Source: Spirogloea muscicola
Taxonomy: Eukaryota
Direction of reading: 5' to 3'
Length of the DNA stretch: 64,000 nt
NCBI GenBank assembly: GCA_009602725.1
Contig: WELB01000012.1
Location: 1,171,224 to 1,235,223, forward strand
Shown here: positions 13,325 through 24,363 of the stretch, piece after piece
Position numbering within the stretch: the stretch's first letter is position 1
Layout: the number at the start of each line of letters is the position of its first letter
Notes under the pieces: generated by a model
The model's input: only the letters and a program-made list of their open reading frames with translations
Database searches by the model: none
Told to the model about the DNA's origin: nothing
Position numbers and translations under genes: made by a program

Positions 13325-16300
13325 ATGGCGGCGGCGGCGGCGACGGCGGCGGCGGCGGCGACNGGTAGGGCGCCGGCGGCGGCGGCGGTGGTGGCGGCAG
13401 CGGCGGACGGCGGCGTGACGCTTCGCATCCGGCTGGACCACCAGGTTCAATTCGGGGAGCGGCACGCTGTGGCGGGTTCGGCGGCCGCCATGGGCGCGTG
13501 GGGCAGCCCCGTGGAGATGGCGTGGACGGAGGCGGGGTGGACGGCGGACCTGGCGCTGTCCGCGGGCGAGCGCGTGGAGTTCAAGTTTCTGATCCTGCGC
13601 GACGGCGGCGGCGAGCCCGGCTGGGAGGACGGCGCCAACCGCGTGCTGGAGGTCCCGGGCGACGGCGGGGAGTACCGCCTCAGCGCGCTGTGGGGGCACC
13701 AGGTTAGCGGCCTGTCTGCGTTAACTTGTGGTTACTGAGCTCGTCATCTTAATAGCAGGTCACCATTAACCTCAGCCTTGCCAAGGCTGAGGTTGAGGGT
13801 TCAAGTACATCTGTCAGCGTGCTTGCCCTTTTACGTGGCCGCTCAGGCCCTCCATCACTGACTATACACTCCATTCCCTTGTGGGGACGCCAGGATGCGC
13901 ACCTTGAGAAAGAGGGCGGCGGTGCGCCGGCGGCTCAGAATGGCGCTGCCTCCGCCGAAACCGAGTCTGCTGAGGCCGGCGGCTCTGGGAAGGAGCCGCA
14001 GAAGGAGGAGGAGTCGCCGAGTAATGGAAATGCTGGCGTAGAGGCCAGCGAGTTCGGGCAGCGGTGGCAGGGCAAGGGCACGAGCTTCATGCGCTCCAAC
14101 GACCACTCGCACGAGCGTTCCGGCCAGTGGGACACCGCTGGCCTTGGTGGCGCTGCCTTGAGGCTCGTCGAGGGCGATAAGGACGCCGGGAGCTGGCGCA
14201 AGAAGGTGCCGCTGCCTCGTCCTCGTAGAACGACTGAGGTCGCTTGGAAGAAACATGCAGGGACTGAGGCCTGAGCGAGGTCGCTGATACCCCTTTCGTG
14301 TTGATGCCTGGGGTGCAGCTCGAGGTCGTGAGCAAGCTAGTCACTGAGAGTGACAAGGAGCACACTGAGGAACTCGACACGTTCGTCAACACCGCCATAT
14401 ACTTGCAGGTTGTCCACCTTGACGTTGCAGAACTTACCTATTGCCTGCATTGGCTTGCTGAAGCACATGCAGGAAAATGGGCTGCTAATATGGCTGTGCT
14501 CGGTGCTTCGATGCAGTGGATCAACACAGGCCAGATCCAGTGTGTTGAGGACGGGGGCCACCACCGCCCTAACCGGCACGCCGAGCTTGCGCGCACCATC
14601 TTCCGCCAATTAGAGAAGAAGATGGCTACCAAGGGCACCCCGCCTCAGGTGCATGACAGCCACTTGTTGTGGCGCCTTTTGAGTGCTGTGCAGATGGTGC
14701 AGTCTAAGCTGCAGCCTCCACCAGTTGTAATCTGATAATCTCGTTCCCACTTATTATCGGTCCATCATGCTCAGAGTCTGACCTTTTGGGGTGCAGGAGG
14801 TGATGGTAATGCGCAAGATCCACCCGCGCCTGCCTGCCTTCACTGCTGAGTTCACAGCATCAGTCCCTCTCACTCGCATCCGCGACATTGCCCATCGCAA
14901 TGACATTCCACATGACCTGAAGGTAAGGCCTCCCTTGTTTCAATCGAGATTTTTACATTGTAAAGGTATCTGTATCGGTGCTCTTGCTGTCTACCATCAC
15001 GTCCTATGGCGCAGCTAGTGGAAGAGCAGGGTGGAAAAGCTGGGTCGCATATGGGGTGCATTGTCTGTTACTCTGTGACATGCTCAGCTTCTCACGCCAC
15101 TGCGTGGAAGCCATTTGCCCCTTTGGAAGAGCGGTGTGCAATAGCTAGGTGGTGATTGCAGCCTCTCCCCTCTGTCGGCGTCTGCAGCAAGAGATCAAGC
15201 ACACCATCCAGAACAAGTTGCACAGGAATGCGGGTCCTGAGGACCTGGTGGCCACAGAGCAGCTACTGAACAGGGTGACTGCACCAGGAGCCGAGTACAG
15301 CCAGGGATTCTTGGACGAGCTTCGCATTTTCTACCGCGAGCTGCAAGACTTCTTCAATGCTGCTAGGTTTGCAAGTTCTGGGTGCTCTGTTTTTGCACTC
15401 AAGCTGGCATTTGGAAGATGCTGACCAAGCCAAGTCCCACACTGGGATGTTGGACTTGTGCAACTAGTGTGCCTTCACGAATGCTGACTACTCATCTGCC
15501 TAACTACTGCAGCTTGACAGACCAACTTGCAGCCATTCGGCCATCCTTGGATGACAATAAAGTTGCAGATCTTGAGCAATTCCTTGATGCCAAGAAGGTC
15601 AATGGCATCCCACTCATCAGATGTAGTTGCACAATGACGGAGTGCATCATCAGACTGGCAGGTCTATCTTATTCAGCTGTTGAAGAGCTCTACGTTGTTT
15701 GAGATAAATTTCTTTTTTCCACTTGAGAGTCTGACTGGACGCTAAAACGTTTTGCAGAAGCTTGACTCCAGCAATGGTAGTGCGGCAGCAGGCGGTGCGA
15801 AGGACAAGTTGCTGGCTTGTATGCATTCGCTCACCGGCCTTAGGGCTGCTCTGCTCTCTGGCTTGGCAAGCGGCCTGCGCAATGATGCAAGTGACGAATC
15901 TATTGCCATGCGGCAAAAGGTCAGCTCTTCTCATCTGGCGGTGGTCGACTGTACACGTGGTGCAGCAATGCCACGTGTCTCGTCTCTTCGTTGGTGCTTG
16001 AGGGTTGTTGACCTTGTTGATAGTATGCATCTTCACATGGTTCGAAGCCCTGAAGATATTATGTCCTACGCGTATGTCCTACGCGCTTACTGTGCTGCAT
16101 GTCCAATGAGGGATTTCTCATTGGACATGTATATACCTGACAACCTGCTATTGCAATGTCAGTGGCGCCTGGCTGAGATTGGCCTCGAAGATTACTCCTT
16201 TGTGCTCCTCAGCAGGTGCTTGGATGAAGCTGCTGACATCTTTCACAAGCAATGCCATACACATTGCTGACTGTCCATGTGCAAAATTTGTATTTCACTT

Positions 16301-19300
16301 GATGCTGTTTGAGAGAAAGTATTTCCGACAATGCACAGGTTTCTGAATGCCATGGAGGACGAAGGAGGTGCTGCTTGGCTGGCTGAGGATGTTGCCGGCA
16401 GCAATGCAGCTAGATTTGCCGCACCTCTGGGTGCGACTGTACTTGGTGTACGACAGCTGGGCCTATCAGGCTGGCAGCAAGCCGAGTGCGTGGCGGTTGA
16501 GAACGAGCTCATGGCTTGGCAACAGGCTGGTGTAGCACCCAGCAAAGATGGTGGGTCTTCTCTTCATTATTGACTGTTATGCAACAGCGCCAGATTACAC
16601 CACATTCAGACATCAGCATACTAAGCTTGTTAGCCAAGGAGGTCAACACAAGCAGACGCTACCCTGCATACATTTACAACCATGTGCGCCTGGACTTTCT
16701 CCCAGCAGGTGCTGAGGCCGATGTCAGAGAATGGGCTCTGAGGTTGAAGGCAACATTGGATCGTACTCGACGACTCTCAGAGTCTTACACAGAGTCAGCC
16801 TTGCAGATCTACCCAGACAGGGCTGAGGTATATCACTGCTCATACGTTGCAGGTCTTGACTGAGTTGCTTGACACAGAGTCGCTCTGTAGTATACCATAT
16901 TATGCCGAGTTGGTTGTCTAACAATCTCTCGGGGAGGATGTTCAAGCCAGGGTGACGGTTGCGATCATCTAGGTGGTGCATGTGCCAAAACTCACAGAAG
17001 GGGTTACAATCTTGTGCTTCAGATGCTGGGCAAGGCTTTTGGCATTCCTGAAAACACCGTTCGCACTTATGCCGAGGCAGATATTCGTGCTAGGTACAGG
17101 ATGCCAAGCCCTGTACCTAGGGGTTCAACTTTTTCTGCATGGACTCCTCCTTGCTCACAGAAGTTATGCTTTGTATTTGGCAGACTTTTTTGCACAAATA
17201 TTGCTCTCGGAATGCTGTCCGCAGGCAGTGGCTCTGACCACGAATCTGTGTTGCTCCAGTGTTGTCTTCCAGCTTGCCAAGTTGTGCTCGCTGCTGCTGA
17301 AAGCAGTCCGTCAGGTAGCAGGCGTGGAGGGTTGGGACGCTCTCATGACTGGAACTGCGGTTGGCAAGCTTGTGAAGGTACCAGTTGCTTACTGCAGTAC
17401 AATTTGCTTCCTGGAAGATGTGCAACAACACCGCATCAGATCTCTTTGTCTTTGAGATGCTCCGTGCACTTGTGAACTTGAAGATGCACCTGTGAAATCA
17501 AAGGTCTCCTCATTCTCCATCTAAGTTCACAATGGACCAATCAAACTCATAAAATGGGTAAAGCAAGTGACTGGTGTTCCTGGCAACCAGGTTGATAAGA
17601 TTGTTCCAGGGGCCATCCCAGCAAGTTCCAGGGGCGATAAGTTGATTCTTCTCGTACGCGAAGCTGATGGTGATGAGGAGGTCAGCATTAAAGATTCTCT
17701 GTATCAGCTGGTGAATTGCCATAGCTTGTGTATAATATCAGGCAGTTGATGGCGCCGTTGGATGAGGATCAGATGCATACGAGTAGAAAGTATCAATAAA
17801 GATGGCCGTGCCCATCTATTAAAAGCACCCCAAGAAGTTCTAGACAGTCACATTTTCCAAGGCCTGTGCTTCATCCAGGTGAAGGCAGCAGGCGAGAATG
17901 TGGCCGGAGTCATCTTGTGCCAGGAGCTTCCCCACCTTTCTCATCTCGGCGTCCGTGCCCGCCAGGTGCCAGCTGAACGCTACTGCAATCTGGTCAAGCA
18001 TAAATTGCAAGCATTGTGGTTGTAGACAGAGCAAGAAAGCTCTAGAACCTACTTTGACAAATGTGTAAGGTTGACTTGCATAAAGACCGGTCATGCAGCC
18101 TGCAACTGACCTTGACTCTCGCTAAGATCTTCTTTCGTGGATGTCACTGCTGACGCAAACCAGCCACCTGCTTGGTGCTGACTACTTTTGGTCACTAAGT
18201 AATGTACTGTAGAAAAATTCCTTCCTTTGTGTTCACCTTGTGCTATGTGTCGCGCAGGAGGGCGTTGTCTTTGTCACTTGCGATGATGAGGAGAAGATTG
18301 CAGAAGTCCAGGCCCTGGCAGACAAGTTTGTCAGGTACTTGCAAGTAGCAGAACACCTTTAGGTACCTCCTTCTGGCTTCTGGCTCCTCCTGGTTAGCTA
18401 TATCAGCCAAGAAGTCAGATGTCAAAGGGCTGTGATCGTCATCACCCTAGCTTGGGTGGCTCAGGTAATGCATACGTCCAGGAACCTGGAGGTATGCGCT
18501 AGATCAAGCTTACATGGGGACCAGCTACAGCCAAGTGCCAGAAAGTCGTTGAGGCCATGAAACACTGCCAGCAGATAGCTCCATAGCTGCTTACTCTATG
18601 CTGTCATAGTCCATGCCGCCTCAATACTCTCCTTGTGTTGTAATTGGAGCAAAAGTACTGCGCATGTTGTATCTGAAGCAAGCTCATGATCTCAAACAAG
18701 CCGCTGACCTGCTCACTCTGGACATGGTTCACTTGAGGAAACAGGCTGGAGGCTTCAGCCGAGGGCGTCACTGTGTGCGCTGACGATGGAGTAGGCAGCT
18801 CAGCGGCTCCAAGGGAGGCGGAGCTCGCCATGGTGGGCGCCAAGAAGCAGGAGCTGGAGGCAGCAGGTGGCAGCAGCGTCCAGCACAGCCAGGTCACCAA
18901 GGCCAGTGCTGGGAGCATCATCCAGCTGGCTGAGTCGAGCACCGACACAACGGGGTCCAAGGCATCTGCATGTGGGCAGCTGGCGCGGCTGGCTCTGGAA
19001 GCTATCTCAGGTCAGCCTCTCCTTGTAGTATTGAGCTGCAACCATCAACTTGCTTACCTCCTTCTCTATCTGTTCTTATACTGGCAACAATGTGCCGTTT
19101 TCTCTGCAGGCAGTGGAAACGGCACTGGCCCTTCAACTGCCTTCGAGGTACCTACTGGAGTAGCGATTCCGTTTGGGGCTATGGAGCAGGCACTTGAGGC
19201 CAGCGGGTCGTTGAAGAGGTTTGAGGCTCTTGTAGAGAAGGCGGAGGTGGCCAAGGTGGAGGGCGGCGAGCTCGACCAGGTATGTGACGAGCTGCGGAGC

Positions 19301-20011
19301 CTGGTGGCGTCTCAGAGGCTGCCTGCTGCCACTATCAAGGAGCTGGGGAACAATTTCTCAAAGGATGCGCGCCTGATTGTCCGGTCCTCGGCAAATGTGG
19401 AGGACCTGGCCGGTATGTCTGGAGCAGGCCTGTACGACTCCATACCCAACGTGCGGCCATCCGAGCCTGAGGAGTTTGCCAAGGCCGTCGCCGAGGTGTG
19501 GGCCTCCTTGTACACGCGCAGGGCTGTGCTCAGCAGGAGGGTGGCCAATGTTGCCCAGAAGGAGGCTGCCATGGCAATACTTGTGCAAGAGCTCCTGAAT
19601 CCAGACCTCTCCTTTGTCCTTCACACTGTCAGCCCTGTGGACAGGGATGCATCAGTCGTCCAAGCAGAGGTTGCGGCAGGGTTGGGTGAGACCCTGGCGT
19701 CGGGCACAAGAGGGTCGCCCTGGCGCCTGGCTGCCAGCAAAGACGGTGGAGAAGTGAAGACGCTGGCTTTCGCCAACTTTAGCGACATGCTCGTGGTGGA
19801 GCAGGGCAGTGCAGACGGACAAATGGTGAAGAAGGTTGCTGACTACAGCAAACAGAAGCTCTCTCTGGATGCAAATGAGAGGAAGAGCTTGGGCAGCAAG
19901 CTGGCCAAGGTGGGCAAGCTCCTGGAGGACAAGCTGGGTGCACCTCAAGATGTCGAGGGCGCTGTGGTCGATGGCAAGATCTTCATTGTTCAGGCCCGCC
20001 CTCAGCCGTAG
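13325..20011 (+). CDS. PWD: Phosphoglucan, water dikinase (PWD/GWD3), multi-exon
   Basis: N-terminal CBM20 ([30 protein letters not shown]), then [62 protein letters not shown]. The phospho-His motif is [15 protein letters not shown]. The PPDK-type ATP-binding domain has [54 protein letters not shown] single-N join at 13362 may hide transit-peptide sequence. Confidence 0.97.
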
Positions 20012-21224
20012 AGTCCACATTTACTTCACGAATCCTTCAGCGAGCCAATGATGACCAGACTGTGAAGGAGCCAACTGGATAAGCAGAAGCTATTAAGGCA
20101 ACTTGCCAGCTGCTGAGTGCATGCCTAGTATCTTGTGCTTTTCAGTCACTCCTGCCAGTTTGTGCCTATCAGATATGGAGGCTTTCTTTTCCCTGCTTCA
20201 GTTGTTGGCTGCTCCTTGAAGTCACCTGCTTTGGATATTGGCTGCAAGCCTCACTATTTTTGAGCTCTTTGACTTATCGTACATCAACTTGACATACTTC
20301 GGTCTTTTACCTATTATTACACTGCCAGAGAAGGTTGCATGCTGTGCCAAAGAGATGCTGATGAGGCCAAGTCCTGTCACTACATACACTAACAGCCTTC
20401 TTATATGGCAAGGACTCTGTATTTTGTGGGCCGCAAGTACCGCACGGTCAGGCCAGCACATCATCCCTGGTGGTGTTACACCAAGCTGCCAATTCTGTGT
20501 GCAGCTTCCCGAGTGCAGAGCCCTCTTACCGATAGTGCATCTGATAGTCACAGTCCTGCTGGCCTCAAGGTACATGGCGGTCCTGAAGCTTTCAGGTTCC
20601 ATTGCTCAGTCTGGAGGATTTGATGGTGCACCTGGTCAATGGCGCCACAGCTAGGAGCAAAAGTAAGCGATGATAGCTGAAGGATAACAGCCCTTGGCAG
20701 TTGGAAAGAATAAAGTCCCAGACAATGCAGATGCTTTGTCATCAACCACACGAGCAGGCTGCTCTAGTGATGCACTCTCTATCATCTTCGATGCATCCTT
20801 CCTGGGCTGCCCGCACAGAGCCTTAATTGGAGCCAAGTATTTAGGTGTGTCATTGTCTCATCGTTGCCGATGTCACATGTGAATTGCGTGGTAGAGGAGG
20901 CTCGATGACACTTGGCCAGCTACCTCAACAGGCATGCGGACGGGGATGGATCCGCTTCCTCGAGACTCAGCAAGGCACAACCAAAGCGAGAAGCTCTTCG
21001 AGGAGGCGGTCACTGTCAACTGCCAGCCCAAGAAGTACGGCCAACATTCGATTGGGCCGGGATTGCGAGAAAACGGACGAGGTCTAGAGAAGTCCGATAC
21101 TGAAGCGCAAATCACTCAGCAATGACAAGGGGCTACTACAGATGGCCAATGAAGGCCTGGTCGAAACAGCCGCAAGTCGAAGACGGAGACGAGGAGGGGC
21201 GACCTCGAGGCTGGTTGCTAGTGG

Positions 21225-22150
21225 AAGAAAGAAGTGAGTTCTTTCAAAGGGGGCGAGAGCTGTGAAAGCCAGCCCGAAAGGTCCGAATGTAGTAGCTGTG
21301 AGACAGCAGCCCATTAGGGATAGAAGAAAAGGAAAGATAGAGACGAAATCTGCTCTTCCAAAGGGGGCAAACAAGGTCAGAAACAAGGAAAGGGGCTGTT
21401 TTGTTCATTCTTTTCTGGGCTGGCTTTGCTAGCCCCTCTTAACCTATGGGCGAGCAATTTCTTCTCCAAAGGGGGCTGAGAGGGCCGGAAGGTGGGGGGC
21501 CAAGGGGGCAGGGGCTGCACATCGGGCCAAATTTCTAATTCTGGTCTGAGGGGACAGCTCTTTCGGTGCGCCCTAGCTATGGCTGCCACTCTCGGTGTGA
21601 GGGCGGAGTCTCAGCTGTTTGCGGGACTCTGTGGCTGATCTCTGTGTGAGGTCAGAATCTGTGTGAGGGCGGAGCCTCAGCTGTTTGTGTGACAGTGTGG
21701 CTGATCTCTGTGCGTAGTCAGGTCTGTGTACCGCCACGAGCCGATCTGCGTCTGAATCGCCGAGACGAGGGCGGTCTGCCGGTCCTTCAGAGAAAGAAAG
21801 AAAGGGGAGCGTCCAGTGGTGACTAAGGGGTTACTGAGCGCCCACTTGAAGAAGGTGGCTCTCCCAAAGGGGGCAAGGGCTGTAAACAGCCAGCCCGAAA
21901 AGAAATTGACCAGGTCCGAAGAGGCCGAAAACGGGTCCACTTCCTGAAGTCTTGGAGAATAGCGTCACTTGTTCTCCGCCTTCTGGCCCTTTCAGGCCTT
22001 GTACGTTCCCTTTGGACTGGCCTCTCACAGCCATTGCCTCTACATTGGAAGAGCTGTTTCTCCAGTGGAGGACTCCCACCTTGTCCATTCTTTTGGGCTG
22101 GCCTCTCCCAGCCACCAGTCAATCTGGCCGCGCTTGCTCTCTCTCTCCCA
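21225..22150. mobile_element. Cluster of solo retroelement 3'-end modules in both orientations
   Basis: GGGCTGGC..CAGCC modules at about 21260(-), 21416(+), 21880(-), 22013(+) and 22095(+), homologous to the 3' UTRs following the RLE stop codons elsewhere. Confidence 0.7.
21595..21729. repeat. Two-copy tandem repeat, period 66 bp
   Basis: GTGTGAGGGCGGAG.CTCAGCTGTTTG...GTGGCTGATCTCTGTG begins at both 21595 and 21661. Confidence 0.85.
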
Positions 22151-23379
22151 AGTGTAGCAGACAAGACGCGGAGGCTGCTGACTGTGAACGTCAGGAGCAG
22201 CATCAGGAGCAGCCAGAGCCAGAGCACACTCAGCCTGCCGGCTGCCTGACGGCCGCGGGAATGCTGCCTGTAATGGTGCCGTCCCGTCCCGTTGACGAGG
22301 ATTTGTCGTGCTGGTTGACTTTGCGAAGACTTGGCTCTTCGGGGAGGCCCGGAGGCGGTAGATCCGGCCCCCCCCCGGAGAGCGCGACAGAAAAGGCAAT
22401 GAATGCAGGGAATCTCTTCCAACCCCAGCTGCGGGAGCTAGGTCCCGCACCACGGCGGGCGCCATGGCGGCGCCCTCGCCGCTCAGCTCGCCTTCCGGCT
22501 GGCCCAGCTCGCCTCCCTTCGCCCTGCAGCCGCCCGGGGAAGTCTTCACACGATCCTGTATACAGAGGCGTGTCCAGTCATCGTCCCCCCACATTCCCCG
22601 TTGTACCCTTCTCGGGCGCGAGTGATGCGCGTGTGAGACGCGGGTGACGCGCGGAGCGACGCGCTTGCAGGCGATGTGACGCGCAGGCGCGCTGCTGACC
22701 GAAGTGCTCCAGCAGCGACAGCCTAAACCCTTCCTAAAGCCTAAGCCACGAACCTGCCCTCATACTCGTAGAGACACGCATATGATGCGATGTAAGGCGC
22801 TTGCAACGCGGTGTGACGCGCAGGCGCGCCGCTTTCAGAAGGGAAGCTGCTCGGCCGGGTTCTCACGAATCTACACTTACACTGGTATCCCCCTCGTCGG
22901 GCCCGCCTTCCCGGAGGTGGGCCTTGAAGCGAGAGTTCCGAGACCCCCCGGGGAGGGTTACACATGAAGCACTATGAGTAGTGGGCTGATACCAGACTCG
23001 GTGAACCCCGGATCAGTGAGGCCCACGGAGAGAGAGGCACTGCCCTGCTGCTGCCTGCTGCCGCAGCCCTCCGACGCAGCCCTGCTGCTGCCTGCTGCTG
23101 CAGCCCGTCGCCGTAGCCCGTCGCTGCAGATCATCACCGGCTCCCCATGAGTAGTCTGTGGCTGCTTCCCTGGGGGGACAGTTGCTGGTTGTGCCCGAGA
23201 GGTGAGTCGCCGCCTGTCGGCGGCGACTCAGGGCAAGGTATTCCGCTGTATTGTTTACGTGGTGCTTCACGTGTAGAGGTTCGGCTTCTAAATTCACAAT
23301 GACCACATCCAACAAGGACGTTCTACCTCTGACTGTGTGTGTAGGAGTGAGTTCGTCACACACGACCACCGACCTCAAT

Positions 23380-23620
23380 GAAAGGCGTCGTCACGATTCA
23401 AGCAGGTATGGCATTTACGCCCAGGCCCCAGCACGTTCACAATGCAGCACCCGTCCGCGCCATTGATAATGGTGCACCTCGCTCCCATGACCGCTCCTGG
23501 CTTCGACATGCTTCTTCGACATATCTGCCCATCACTGACAGGCCCGCAACCTCGTACTTGCCTGAGGTGCTTGACGTGATGTCGTGTGCACGCCATAAGG
23601 GGACTCTGGTGCCATCTGCT
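23380..23620 (-). pseudogene. Possible decayed hAT-family (DUF659-type) transposase fragment
   Basis: Allowing one frameshift it reads GKYEVAGLSVMGRYVEEACRSQERSWER/GCTIINGADGCCIVNVL, resembling the DUF659 pattern YEl.G..L...Ve..k.sW...GCTImsDGW....IiNfl. Recall-based and degenerate. Confidence 0.4.
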
Positions 23621-24363
23621 ACGGCGGAGTTCAGTGGGAGTGTTCCCTTGGTTCAGATTCGACCCCCACCACACTTCACTTGCTGTAGAGCTTTACTTTG
23701 CAGCAGGCTGCTGCTGTTCTTGCTTCCGCCTCTGCTGGTTCTGGTTATCTTGGCAGAGCATGACTGGTGCGAAGCCCAGCGTCCTTGGAATTAGCTAGGC
23801 ATGGCACCAGTTTCCAGAGAAGGTGGTTGGCCAAAGCAAGTCCAGATCTGAGAGTACGCATCTGAGCGCTAGCAGCAGCATGCCAACTTCCTGGCGGGTA
23901 TTGCAATTTCAGCATATATTTCTTTTTACCACCAAGGCACTTTACCTCCAAGGCACTCGCTCGTGCCATTAAATAAAGACTGCAACGCTATGGCCGTCAC
24001 CAGCTACTTATTCGCACTTAGGCTGTACCTACTTACAAACTCAACCTATTGGCCATGAGCTTTCCTGCTCCCGGGCTGGCCGATTTCTCAAGGGGCAAGG
24101 CACACCCTGGTTCATTCAACTCCTAATGGTTACAAGTAATAAGGTCTCCCACAAAGAGCAGCCTTCACTAAATTCAGTCTCGTCGCCATCCCCAAGCCAG
24201 TTCCACAGCGTAGAACAGACTCCCTATAGAGCCTTTATTTGTCTTGAGGAAGCACACCAGCTTCTTGTCCGCCCACCTGATGAGGTGGCTAGCCTCTCCA
24301 AGCATACATCAAGCCATCTTATACTTAGCGATTTTCCCATCATGTCCCATTGTTATGATGACA

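Noticed and set aside
20222..20880. Minus-strand decayed ORF-like region faintly resembling a transposase C-terminus (SFRTAMYLEASRTVTI)
   Set aside because: Similarity is too weak and interrupted by stops to support a call.
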